From assembly GCA_020137815.1 (NCBI GenBank), contig CM035353.1, forward strand, positions 7,316,001-7,380,000: 64,000 nucleotides of DNA, given 5' to 3'. Every line of letters starts with the position of its first letter. The first letter of the stretch is position 1. The position numbers and the translations under genes are program-made. The notes beneath the pieces were generated by a model. It saw only the letters and a program-made list of their open reading frames with translations. It was not told where the DNA came from and did no database searches. Positions 1 to 11,616 of the stretch are shown here, piece after piece. This stretch comes from Hormiphora californensis (Eukaryota; Animalia; Ctenophora).

Positions 1-1066
1 CGGATGGATGGCCTGGTAAGCTATTCGTGAGTTCATGAGTGATTGATCCATAATATTAAACACTAGTCTGAGATAGTACCTGTGTTTCGACCTCCTATCA
101 GTTCCACAAGTAATAGACAGTCTGTCGTGCAAGTCGACTCCCCCATTATATAGGCATTGTAGGACTTGATCACTTCTGGGCATGGAAAGGACGTCTTTGT
201 TGCCTTCCCCTTCACTCTTCTCAGGACTGTTTCGACTTTTTCACAGCTATTGGCGCTTGTAATGACATGAACAGGCTTATTGTCGATCCATTTTACCACG
301 TTTGTTGCCGTAGATGCTACCGCAGATGCTGCAGGTGACCGGAATATCTTCATCTCTCCACGTGACATGTCCTTATCTGCAGGAAACGATGGCATTCCTT
401 TTCGACCTGCTGAAACTACCCCGGTATAATCCATTCTCGAGAAGATGCAAGAGTAAAACTGGTTGCCTTTATCAATTTGCCTTATACACGGGACGGAAAG
501 AATCACCTGAGCTGGGGCTAGGCGAATCTGTTGCTGTTAGTCTCACAGAATCTCTGTAGGACACCTGGGTCAACGTGTACGCCGACAACTACTTCTCAAC
601 CCCCGCCCTAGTCCTCAATCTTCTCGAGAATGGTATCTATTATACCGGGGTAGTTTCAGCAGGTCGAAAAGGAGCCATCGTTTCCTGCAGATATAAAGGA
701 CATGTCACGTGGAAAGATGAAGATATTCCGGTCACCTACCGCATCTGCAGTAAGTAACAAGGCTGTTCATGTCATTACAAGCGCCAATAGCTGGGAAAAG
801 TCGAAACAGTCCAGAGAAGAGTGAAGGGGAAGGCAACAAAGTCGTCCTTTCCATGCCCAGAAGTGATCAAGTCCTACAATGCCTATATGGGGGGAGTTGA
901 CTTGCACGACAGACTGTCTATTACTTGCGGAACTAATAGGAGGTCGAAACACATGTACTATCTCAGACTAGTGTTTAATATTATGGATCAATCACTCATA
1001 AACTCACGAATAGCTTACCAGGCCATCCATCCAAACAAAACTGAAACTTCGAAAGAGTGGTTGTAA
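1..1066 (+). pseudogene. Decayed piggyBac (PGBD-type DDD) transposase fragments, partly duplicated in inverted orientation
   Basis: Fragments SKTGCLYQFALYTGRK..GLGESVAVSL, VYADNYFSTPALVLNLLENGIYYTG and CPEVIKSYNAYMGGVDLHDRL are typical piggyBac core motifs. Stops and frameshifts are present. 1-~446 is the reverse complement of ~618-1033. Confidence 0.85.
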
Positions 1067-1609
1067 ATGGAGGGGGTTCTGTCTGACTCAAAAGCGAAAC
1101 TGTTTTTATCATCACCATCAGTTAGAATGATTGGACTATTATTGATTGGATTTGTATTGATACGAGTAATTGGTTGTACATCAAATAAGGATTGAAATTT
1201 GAGTTTTTGAATTCGAAGTATGATTTTTTCCTATACGACCCACTGGGTCATATATGACCCAAATCTAGTAAATATTCCCATAATATCTAATTTGAATGGT
1301 TAAACAATCACTGCGCTGGCAAGCGCAAAGGTGGCCCCATCCAACCCCCCGAAAAAAATTCCCCCAAAAAACGGCCCGCTTGCTCACAGCGTATATATAG
1401 TTATTTCATACTTTTAGCCCATTTTGGCACTTTTTGACACGCCATAACTCCGGAACCGGATGAGCTAGGAAGCTGAAATTTTGTACTCAGAAGCTTCTTG
1501 TAGACATCTATCGATGGTAAAAATTTCAAGTGGCTAGCTCATTTTGTTCAAAAGTTATAACACCACCCCCAAAACAGAAAATTCAGTGTGGGGATAACTA
1601 GGTTGATAC

Positions 1610-2693
1610 ATCACTGCGCTGGCAAGCGCAAAGGTTGCCATTCCCCCCCCCCCCCCAAAAAGCGCTGCCAGAAACGCAGTTATACGTTTTATGGGTGTTT
1701 GGCTGAAAAAGCCGGATTTCAAAAGGCTATAGCGTGGCTCTCTTTCATCGGTTTGACTTGAAATTTGGAATGAATACCCGGCTCGGGGTCTTTGACTCAT
1801 GTTAAAAATTTGAAGTCTCTATCTCATCTGGGTCCGAAGTTACAGACTGGTCCCATTTGCTATAGATTCAGTGTAACGGACACGCGCGCGCGCGCGCATA
1901 GGAGAGACGCTTTTTTTGAACACGGTTCTGAATGAACGGAAAGAGATAGAGACTTCTCGTTTTCACTAGCTTGTAGATCTACTCAATTATTGTGTTATTA
2001 GCGGGGTGAGGTTTTCCATAATCCCCAGGAACGTCCTACAGAACGTCTTAAAGTCGTCATTTTTCAGACTCTGACCAAAATTCTTTGAGCTCAATTTACA
2101 CCCTGAAGACGGATTCTAATCGAAAATCGAAGACTATATCATGGAAAGAGAATTGTCTGAACTTTCAGAAACTATATCGTGAATTTTGAAAACCAGACGT
2201 ATAAGGGTCTTAAAACGCGTCTGAAGTGTTATGACTGTTTAAAAATAGATATGACGATATGGGTTTTTTCTCCAAAGCGGACTCAAATCTCATCCAATCG
2301 ATCTCAAACTTGGTCAGTATCTTCATCTAGGTAATCCCGATATATGACGATATGACGTCATAACGTCGTGACGTCATTTTATGACGTCAAAATGACGTCA
2401 AAAATTAATTTTTTCAATTTCGCGATTCCATCCTCTCCGTACCTCTTCTACTACGTCTAAATGGATAAAAAAATCCCAAAAATGATGCAAATTATACCAA
2501 AACTAATTAAAATTAGTAGGCCGGAAAGGTTGCCCTATGATTTTAGCTACCTTTGGCACCAGTACATTCCCTTTTGAAGATAGACGAAGCATCTGTACCC
2601 TGTCTGTAACCCGTGAATGTTACGGTGGCAAAGGTAGCTCAAATCATAGGGCAACCTTTCCGGCCTACTAATTTTAATTAGTTTTGGTATAAT
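1610..2693 (-). mobile_element. Related Helentron-like element nested in the outer one
   Basis: Same left end (ATCACTGCGCTGGCAAGCGC-AAAGGTTGCC) matched by GGCAACCTTT at ~2650. A 200-bp hairpin occupies 2493-2693. Internal similarity to the outer element (2100-2190 vs 2921-3010). Inserted in a (TACA)n tract. Confidence 0.6.
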
Positions 2694-3489
2694 ATATACA
2701 TACATACATAGATGTATAGACGCTTTGTTACCTTCCGTTTGGTCCCAGTTTGAGACGAACCAGACATCGTACGACCTTAAACCAAGCGGCATTCGACAGA
2801 TAATTGTCTCGTGCATGTACCCATTTGGGTGGCGACTCTCCATCTTACCTATGACGCGCGCAATGACGTCATGAGTGACGTCATTGCGCGAGACCGACTA
2901 ACTTTTTTCAAACGCCTCTAGCACCCTGAAGACGTGTTCCGATTTCTGATTTGACGAAAAATCGTTACCGGCAAATTGTCTGAACTTTCAGATACTATAT
3001 CGCGAATTTTCATAGCTCATCATTTTGAGCCCTTCAATCGCGTCGGAAGTCAAAAATTTGACGAAAAATTCAGTAAATTGAATGTATTTCGAGCAAAAAC
3101 TCCCTTTCCTGACCACTTTGGTCAATAAAACTTTACAAGCTCCTTTGGGGTATTGATTCAAAATATATCGTGATACAATTACGTCGTTACGACGTCACTA
3201 ATTACGTCAAATGACGTCATAATGACGTCTAAAATACAATTTTCACAGAAATTCGTCTCGTTTCTCATATAACGCATCATTTCGACAATATTACATCATG
3301 AAATAATGTCATGCTGCGATTGGAAACCAAAAAGGGACCTAAATTAAGCCAAAAACTAATTGAATTAGTTGGCGGGAAAGGTGGCCCACTTACACCTTTG
3401 CCTGCTGCCGGGATAAGGGATATAATGAGCTGAGGTGAGTATAGTGGAATAAGGCAGTGAAAGAGAGTTTGATAGAGTGAGTGAGAGAC

Positions 3490-3960
<471 letters not shown>

Positions 3961-4841
3961 TAGACCACTCCTCTCGCGATAGAGTGATGAGCCAGATCGA
4001 CCACATACAGCACATATTGCTACGACATATAAGACCAAGAGCATCGATCGAGACAGGGAGGAGAGAGGGATAGAACGAACATGAATAAGTTACCCTCGGA
4101 AATTATGAGATTGAGATACCAAGGGAGAGAATTAGATTTCGTGGTGATACCCGGCAGCAGCAAAAGGTGTAAGTGGGCCACCTTTCCCGCCAACTAATTC
4201 AATTAGTTTTTGGCTTAATCATTATATAGCATATTAATAACTTTCAAATGCTTATTTTGTGTTGAAATAGCGAAACTCGTTAGTTTTCGGCAATATCATT
4301 GAAATTTTCCCAAACGGCCCACTGGGTCATATATGACACAAATCAGGTAAAAAACCGTCTGAGACGTAATATTCCGGTTGTAACAGTTTAGTCATGCCTC
4401 TAGTACACCAATGAGCCGGTTTTTATGTCCCTGATAACAGTATAGCTCACACAGGACGTCTCTAACCTTTTTGTACCATATAAGTACCACTGGGTCATAT
4501 ATGACCCAATTTTTGAAATCGCTATAGCTCAGTCAATTTTTAATATTTTTTGATGCGGCTTTTTTCTTGCAGTTCTAGTTGGTCTTCTTCTAAAGTGTTT
4601 AAAATTATAGAAAACTCGTAGGAGGCGTTTAGAAATGGCATCAAAAGTTAAAAAATGACCAAAATGAACATCATTTGGACCCAATTATCTAAGCCTTAAC
4701 ATCAATGATTGCGCATGAAACTTGGATTTTTAGGTAGAGAAATGTCTAAACTATGATTTAGGCTTTAGTTTGGGCTCAAAAGTTAATCCTGAAGCTGAGA
4801 AATCAGTCTTTAGTGCATTGGGTCATATATGGCCTGTGGTT

Positions 4842-4955
4842 GGGATGGGAATGGTTGTGTGATGTGTGTCGTTGCTGCCAACGTCCACCGCTCACATGAC
4901 AAGTCCGATCAGTCCACCTCCCCGTGGTCCATCCTGGGTCATGCTAAGAGACTGA
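4842..4955 (+). ncRNA. HDV-like self-cleaving ribozyme at the RTE 5' end
   Basis: P1 GGGATGG (4842-48)/CCATCCT (4929-35) with G+1.U wobble; P2 TCAGTC (4909-14)/GACTGA (4950-55); P3 ACC/GGT; L3 TCCCCGT; P1.1 GG 4936-37; J4/2 GCTAA with candidate catalytic C4944. Confidence 0.85.
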
Positions 4956-5019
4956 GGGGCAATGCGGCGTGTCGTGCTAGCAACTCGTCACGCTTTAAAA
5001 TCTTGCTACGAATCTCTCG

Positions 5020-8000
5020 GTGTCCTCCTCAAATTTGGCGTCGGTGAAAGCTGGCAAGCACCTTATTCCGGACAGCGAGGTTAGGGTGACCAGAGGACGG
5101 GAGGAGGGTAAAGCTGGGTCAGGTGATTCGGGGCCCTCCGACCTGATGGGAGTCTCGGATCTGGTGTCATTCAATCGCAGAGTTATTTCTGGCCAACACA
5201 TCCCTGGTGTGGCCGCTCCGGGTTCTTTTAGTTCCTTTAGTTCTTTTAAGCCAATTAATGCAGTCCGTAATCATTTTCATCTGGCAACTTGGAATGTTTT
5301 ATCTCTACAGTCATCATCCTCTAAGTTGTACGAATTATCAAACGCAGTTTCATCTTTCCAACTTGACGTTTTGCTTCTCACAGAAACGCACTGGCCTGGT
5401 ACGGAGGTTATGACCCTGGATAACGGACATCTTTTTATTAACTCTGGCAGGGCAGATGGTTTGAGGCGGCAAGGTGTTGGGTTGGTGTTATCAAAATCTG
5501 TCAAGAAGTCCTTAATTTCCTACAGTCCCTTCTCTGAGCGCATCATGGCAGCCCGACTGCACACCAAACATGTTAATATCTCCCTTGTTATTGCATATGC
5601 TCCAACCAATGATAAGGATGACGCGGTCAAGGAGGAGTTCTACAACCAGTTATCATCGGTTTTGGATAGGCTTCCTCGGCAGGACGTGGTCTTCTTGGGC
5701 GGGGATTTCAACGCGAGGGTTGGTGGCGGGCACTCTCTCCACCAAGTTTCTAATGACAACGGTGAGCGGTTGGAGGATTTGTGTGGGATTCATCAGTTGT
5801 CTATTGGTGGGAAGATGTTCCCTCATAGGGATCACCACAAGGGAACCTGGAGATCTCCTGACGGTACCACTGTGACGCAGATAGACCATCTGTGTGTCGG
5901 CAACAAGTGGCGAAGTTCTCTGTTGGATGTTAGGGTCCTAAGGAGTGCAGACATCGGGTCTGATCACTACCTGGTTCGGGGTAAGGTTAGGATCCGGCTG
6001 AGTGCAGCTAAGAACTGTAGGAAACCGGTCAGGGAGGTTCCAGCTATAGAGAATCTCAGGAAGGGGTGTGATGAGACACGCACGGAATACAATGTCTCTC
6101 TCCGGAACAGGTTTGAATCTCTGGAGCCTGAGGAAAGTCTGGAGGGTCAGTGGGGGCAACTTAAGGAGGTAATCGGTGAGGTGTCACTGGAGGTCCTGGG
6201 AGCGCGGCCGAAACGGATTCGTCAGCAGCACTTGTCTCTGGAGACTCGAGACCTCATCGCCCAACGTGCTGAGCTGAAGAAGAATGATCCCGAGGGTGGA
6301 TCTGAGTACTCTAGGCTTAATAAGCTGGTCAAGAAAGCAGCACGGGTGGACGATGAAAGGTGGGCGGATAGTTTGGCGTCTGATCTGGAGGATGCTGCGG
6401 TGCACGGGCGGCAGAGGGAACTTTGGCAGCATATGAAAGATCTGTCAGGTGTGAGGAAACGCGGCGGTACTGCTGTTCGTGATAGGAACGGTGAACTCAT
6501 CGCTGATCCTGTTCAACAGCGGGAGCGCTGGGCGGAGCACTTCTCTGAGCTGCTAAACCCCCCTGTAACTACATCACAGCTCTCGGATCTGGATGGTCTG
6601 GAGGTGGACCCGTGCTTTGAGGATCTTGGTGAGGATGATCCTCCGCCTTCTCGTGGAGAAGTTTTAGTGGCACTGAACAGGCTCAAAAACCATAAGAGTC
6701 CTGGCGTTGATGGGATCTCGAACGAACAGCTACGGTATGGCTCGTCCGGTCTTGTTGGCCCCCTTGTGGATCTGTTTGGTGGAGTCTGGAGGGAGGAGAA
6801 GGTCCCGGAGGAGTGGTTAAAGGGTGTCATCTCGGTGATTCCCAAGAAGGGTGACGCCAGTGTGTGCTCAAATAATAGGGGCATCACTCTGCGATCTACC
6901 ACTTCCAAGCTGTTCCAGATAATTATGCTGAACAGGTTGTCTTCTGGTCTTGAATTGGCACTTCGAGAGAATCAGTGTGGATTCAGACGTAACCGGTCTT
7001 GTGTGGATCAGATTTATTCCCTCCGTACCATCATCCATCAGTGTATAGAATATAATTTACCGTTGTATATAAACTTTATTGACTTCAAATCAGCATTCGA
7101 CTGTATTAACAGGGATTTTATCTGGGCCGCATTTCGCCATTATGGTCTTCCAGAGAAGTATGTCCGGATAATTCGAGCATTCTTTGACGGTACTGTGAGT
7201 GCAGTGAAACATGACGGGGAGCTCTCCAGCTGGTTCAGTGTCCTCAGTGGTACCGGTCAGGGCGACATTCAGGGTCCACCAGTCTTCAACATCGTGATTA
7301 ACTGGGCGGCTCAGCTTGCTGAGTCCAACAAGACTGTCTCCAGGGGTCTCACTCTTCACGGCGCTGAGAGTGATGAGGGTGGGGAATGGATCATGGATCT
7401 CGACTATGCTGATGACATGGCTGTAATGGATGATACTGAGGAAGGGCTCCAGGAGTCAACAGATTTGCTGGTAAAATACGCAGGGTACGCTGGTCTGAAG
7501 ATTAATGCGAAGAAGACCAAAGTTGTGGCTTTTTCAAAGGGTCTTAGCCAGCGCCCATTTTCAGAGGCGGATACGGTCAGCATCTCTGTGGAGGGTAATC
7601 CGGTTGAGCAGGTTTCCAGTTTTACCTATCTCGGATCGGCGTTGTCCTCTGACGGTACCATCGACAAGGAGCTTGGTATCAGGATAGGGAAGGCTTACAG
7701 TGCATTCAGTATGCTTTGTAGGATCTGGTACAACCGTAACATCAGGACCTGTACCAAGATCAGGATATACAGAGCTGCTGTTCTGACAGTTCTTCTCTAT
7801 GGTTGTGAGGCCTGGACAACTACTCAGGTCCAAGATCGCCGGGTGGAGGCGTTCCACCAACGGTGCCTGCGTAGAATCCTGAGAATACAGTGGTTTAGGA
7901 GAGTATCTAACAGGGAGGTACTGGAGAGGGCGGGGATAGAACCAATCTCGAAGTTCATTGGCAATGGGAGACTCCGCTGGTTTGGACACCTGATTAGAAT

Positions 8001-8235
8001 GCCTGAGGGTAGGGTGCCCAACAAACTCTACCACTGGGTGCCTAGTCATGGGAGACGTTCCAGAGGAAGACCGCGTAAAACCTGGTCCTCCTGTGTGCTG
8101 AATGATTATCGAGACGCTACGGGTCAATCCCAGTCTCTCCGTGCAATTACTAACACTGCAGAGAACAGAAATGAGTGGAGACAGCTCACGTCACTACGAG
8201 CGAGGATACTTGGAGCCGGCCACTCGAATGATTGA
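5020..8235 (+). CDS. RTE polyprotein: AP-like endonuclease + reverse transcriptase (intact, 1071 aa as called; first ATG at 5146)
   Basis: ATWNV, LTETHW, GDFNARVG, IDHL, SDHYLV (APE); KSPGVDGI, QCGFR, FIDFKSAFD, QGD, YADD (RT); C-terminal RGRPRKTW...NRNEWR typical of RTE. Confidence 0.97.
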   Translation: MSSSNLASVKAGKHLIPDSEVRVTRGREEGKAGSGDSGPSDLMGVSDLVSFNRRVISGQHIPGVAAPGSFSSFSSFKPINAVRNHFHLATWNVLSLQSSSSKLYELSNAVSSFQLDVLLLTETHWPGTEVMTLDNGHLFINSGRADGLRRQGVGLVLSKSVKKSLISYSPFSERIMAARLHTKHVNISLVIAYAPTNDKDDAVKEEFYNQLSSVLDRLPRQDVVFLGGDFNARVGGGHSLHQVSNDNGERLEDLCGIHQLSIGGKMFPHRDHHKGTWRSPDGTTVTQIDHLCVGNKWRSSLLDVRVLRSADIGSDHYLVRGKVRIRLSAAKNCRKPVREVPAIENLRKGCDETRTEYNVSLRNRFESLEPEESLEGQWGQLKEVIGEVSLEVLGARPKRIRQQHLSLETRDLIAQRAELKKNDPEGGSEYSRLNKLVKKAARVDDERWADSLASDLEDAAVHGRQRELWQHMKDLSGVRKRGGTAVRDRNGELIADPVQQRERWAEHFSELLNPPVTTSQLSDLDGLEVDPCFEDLGEDDPPPSRGEVLVALNRLKNHKSPGVDGISNEQLRYGSSGLVGPLVDLFGGVWREEKVPEEWLKGVISVIPKKGDASVCSNNRGITLRSTTSKLFQIIMLNRLSSGLELALRENQCGFRRNRSCVDQIYSLRTIIHQCIEYNLPLYINFIDFKSAFDCINRDFIWAAFRHYGLPEKYVRIIRAFFDGTVSAVKHDGELSSWFSVLSGTGQGDIQGPPVFNIVINWAAQLAESNKTVSRGLTLHGAESDEGGEWIMDLDYADDMAVMDDTEEGLQESTDLLVKYAGYAGLKINAKKTKVVAFSKGLSQRPFSEADTVSISVEGNPVEQVSSFTYLGSALSSDGTIDKELGIRIGKAYSAFSMLCRIWYNRNIRTCTKIRIYRAAVLTVLLYGCEAWTTTQVQDRRVEAFHQRCLRRILRIQWFRRVSNREVLERAGIEPISKFIGNGRLRWFGHLIRMPEGRVPNKLYHWVPSHGRRSRGRPRKTWSSCVLNDYRDATGQSQSLRAITNTAENRNEWRQLTSLRARILGAGHSND

Positions 8236-8596
8236 GGAGACCGTACCAAGTATCAAGTAAGTAGGTCCTCAAAGGGTTAAAAACATTTTTTGTCAGAAAA
8301 CACAGAGCCCCACTATTGCACTAACAGTTTTTATGGAGCGGGCCATGGAGAAAGGGCCTTGCTCTAACTATATCAGAGATTAGTTTAGTTACGGACGTAA
8401 AGAAGAGAACATGCCGGACACATACCGACTTCCTGGGGGACAAGTCAATGGACAAAACCCTGACATACGAGGAAGTCCCGACTCGGGACCCGAGAGGAAC
8501 CCTGGACGTCCTGTTCAGGCAGGGGAGCTGTATTAATCCGAGCGGAAAGGTAACCCTTCTACCTGGAGGATTGAACTACAAATTTGATTTCCAATA

Positions 8597-9794
8597 CAGG
8601 GTGTCCCACTGTCTTTGCATCACCTGTGATTTTGGGTGATGAGTGGGTTCCATTCAAATGCCCATAACTCATCGAAAAGTAGGTCAAAACGGCTCAACCA
8701 AAAACAGCGTTGTAGAAAATTGTCAGGCGCACATTTGGGTACAAGATTGATGTCTGAAGTCTTACCAATCGTCAGATATATCGTCGTAAAGTCACAAGTA
8801 CGTGATTATGAAATCCGACCGGGGTTCACGTTTTGAAAAATTCACAAATGCAAAGTTGCTCGGATCACATTGCATCCCTCATAAGAGTTGTAGGGAATCG
8901 TCTGGCGGTCATTTTGGTACCCGAATTTTCGTCCTAGCTCAATGTTTATAGTGTCTTATGACTGTCTAAAGACGAAATTCAACCAGCATTTTTGAGGGGA
9001 TCACGTGTCATCAACAAATGGGTAAAATGATTTGAAATTTACAAGAGCTTCATTGGAATCGTCTAAGGTTCATTTTGATACCATGGTTTTTTCCATAGCT
9101 CTACGTTTAAGTTGCGTTATGACTGTAGGAACATGAAGATTTTTCTATGCTGAGTCTTAGTTGGTATCGGCTCACAATCCCTAATTAGGTGGCTCGGTGT
9201 CGTGTGTAATCCCATGATAATCAGCACATATCGTCTCAATTTCATCTAGACACTTGACAGGGTTGTTATGACGATTTGGCAAGGCCCCTGTTAATGTGTA
9301 GGATACGCAAGTGGTCTATCTCAACCCTATCATGCACTAAGATGTTATTCAAGCAGATATGAGCTTCATAACAGGGCAAAATGCAATGCGATACCTGAGA
9401 CTACTTTTGGGAAAATTCCAGTTCTGACAGTCATAAGACACTCTAAACATTGAGCTAGGATAAAACCCGGGTACCAAAATGACCGCCAGACAATTTCCTA
9501 CAACTCTTATGAGGGATGCAATGTGATCCGAGCAACTTTGCATTTGTGAATTTTTCAAAACGTGAACCCCGGTCGGATTTCATGAACACGTAATTTTGAC
9601 TTTACGACGATATATCTGACGATTGGTAAGTCTTTTAACGTCAATCTTGTACCAAAATGTGCGCCTGACAATTCTCTACAACACTGTTTTTGATTGAGCC
9701 GTTTTGACCTACTTTTCGATGAGTTATGGGCATTTGAATGGAACCCACTCATCACCCAAAATCACAGGTGATGCAAAGACAGTGGGACACCCTG
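8597..9794. mobile_element. Tc1/mariner-type MITE with ~370-bp TIRs
   Basis: TA|CAGGGTGTCCCACTG...CAGTGGGACACCCTG|TA; mirror ORFs 8636+/9555-. Confidence 0.9.
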
Positions 9795-11391
9795 TAGATG
9801 GAAACCAAGACGACGAATGTCATGGAGTGTATACATTAGTTGTTGATATTTTTTATTCATCTTTATTTTATCGATTTTCATAATCTTTATCTTATCGAAT
9901 TTCATCATCTTTTTGTATCCCACTAACTTCATTCTGTGGGAAAAGGCCCTCTGTACACATCAGATTGAGGGAATCTCACACGGGCAGATCTCAGAGAATT
10001 AGACATGTTTGAATTTTTAATCTTTAATCATTTTCAAGTTTTTTATATGCGGGAGACATGGATTTCTCTGTTTTCAATTAAAATAAGGTACCCAACCCCT
10101 TCCTGTCATATATCTTCACAGCATCATGGACATCAACGTGTTGGCGTTCCTCATTACCATCTTGCTGCAGTTCCCCTGCACTCCCGCAGAAATAGGCCCG
10201 GCTCTAAGCCATACAATAAGGACATCATCACCCTTTTCCATGATATGACCTGGTACTGTAGCAGATGGGCAGAGATGACTTTCGAGATAGGGGAAGAGGA
10301 GCGGAGAATCGTGTACGGAGAGAGAGACGAGAGAGAAGAGAGGTCAATTCGCAGAGAGGAAATTAATTACATCGTGTTTTACTGTACACCATATCGCAAT
10401 TATTCTTGTTTATCTTTATCTTATCGATTTTTATCATCTTTTTGTATCCCACTAACTTCATTCTGTGGGAAAAGGCCCTCTGTACACACTACACACCAGA
10501 TTAAGTGCCAAATTCAGGAGAAACTAGCAAAGGTTAGGGTGGCGACAGGTGGGGTGGAGGAGGCGGCGGGGCGGAGGTAAGGGTGAAAGAGGAAGGTACG
10601 AGAAGAGGGCGGAAAAGGCACCAGTTGGCGAAAAAGCCAGAGGCATTCACCAAGGGGAAGAGCGTGAGAGCCTAAGTGGACGGCTGGGAAAGCTACCGGC
10701 AGGCAGCGGAGATCTCATCGGAGGACGCAAGAATGGTATTCCCTGCATACCTGGACGAGATAAGCGCAATGAAAGTCCGGGAGGACGAGAAGGCAACGGG
10801 GCGGATAATTGGAACGAGTAAAGAGAAAGGGTAATAGAGCTTCTGGATCCAAGGGAGCTGAAGGTGGTGGCGGTGTCAAAATCCAGGGCACTAACTTTCA
10901 ACCGCCGAAGAGCTGTCCTGAGGAGAAGCAGCATCGGGTGCTGAAAACTGATATCAAATGTTGCTATTTATTATTATTTTAAATCATTCAAAATATGTAT
11001 ATCTATTTCACTCGGATTGGAGAAACAGGCTACCCGGATAGAGCGGCTGGAGACATTTGGGAAATTGGCAAACAGCTGAGAACTTATCGGAGTATCAAAG
11101 ACAGTCAGGAGCGGTGGAAGGAAGCTGGCGAGAAATGGGATAAGGCAAAAAACTTTGGGTCATGCATTAACATCCCATTAGTGGAAAGAGGGGGTGATGT
11201 CCATCCCTATGCTACGTGTAGAAATGGTCAACAGACATTACTCCCAGGAACCGTGAGTTTGAGATAGATACCTCAGCTCTGTGAGAACCCCCGAATTTAC
11301 ATCCCAAGAAATCCAACTGAACTCCCACGTTGTGGTTCCTTAACCTAGCCTAGTTGGATTCTTAACCATAGCATTGAACAACTCGATTTAA

Positions 11392-11616
11392 CAGTGGTCA
11401 TCCGACATAATTGCCATACCTCGACGTGAAATTCGACCTGAATCTCGACCGGGAATGAGGCGCGCATTCGTAGTGAGAGAGACACAAAGACTAACGAGAG
11501 AGAAGAGTTGAAGTGCGACATCATTTGCTTACTGCGGCACATCTCTCTGATGCGCGCCTCATTCCAGGTCGAGATTCAGGTCGAATTTCACGTCGGAATA
11601 TGTCGGATGACCACTG
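11392..11616. mobile_element. Small palindromic MITE (Tc1/mariner-like)
   Basis: CAGTGGTCATCCGACAT...ATGTCGGATGACCACTG|TA, ~75-bp imperfect arms; left TA not intact. Confidence 0.7.

Larger units (their letters stand above)
4842..8262 (+). mobile_element. Full-length RTE-clade non-LTR retrotransposon inserted into the piggyBac right terminus
   Basis: Single APE-RT ORF, short 3' UTR and CAAGTA-type tail (8247-8263). Host terminus reads GGTCATATATGGCCTGT | AGGTCCTCAAAGGG across the insertion. Confidence 0.9.

Noticed and set aside
5207-8127. Short ORFs overlapping the RTE ORF
   Set aside because: Shadow frames of a GC-rich coding region.
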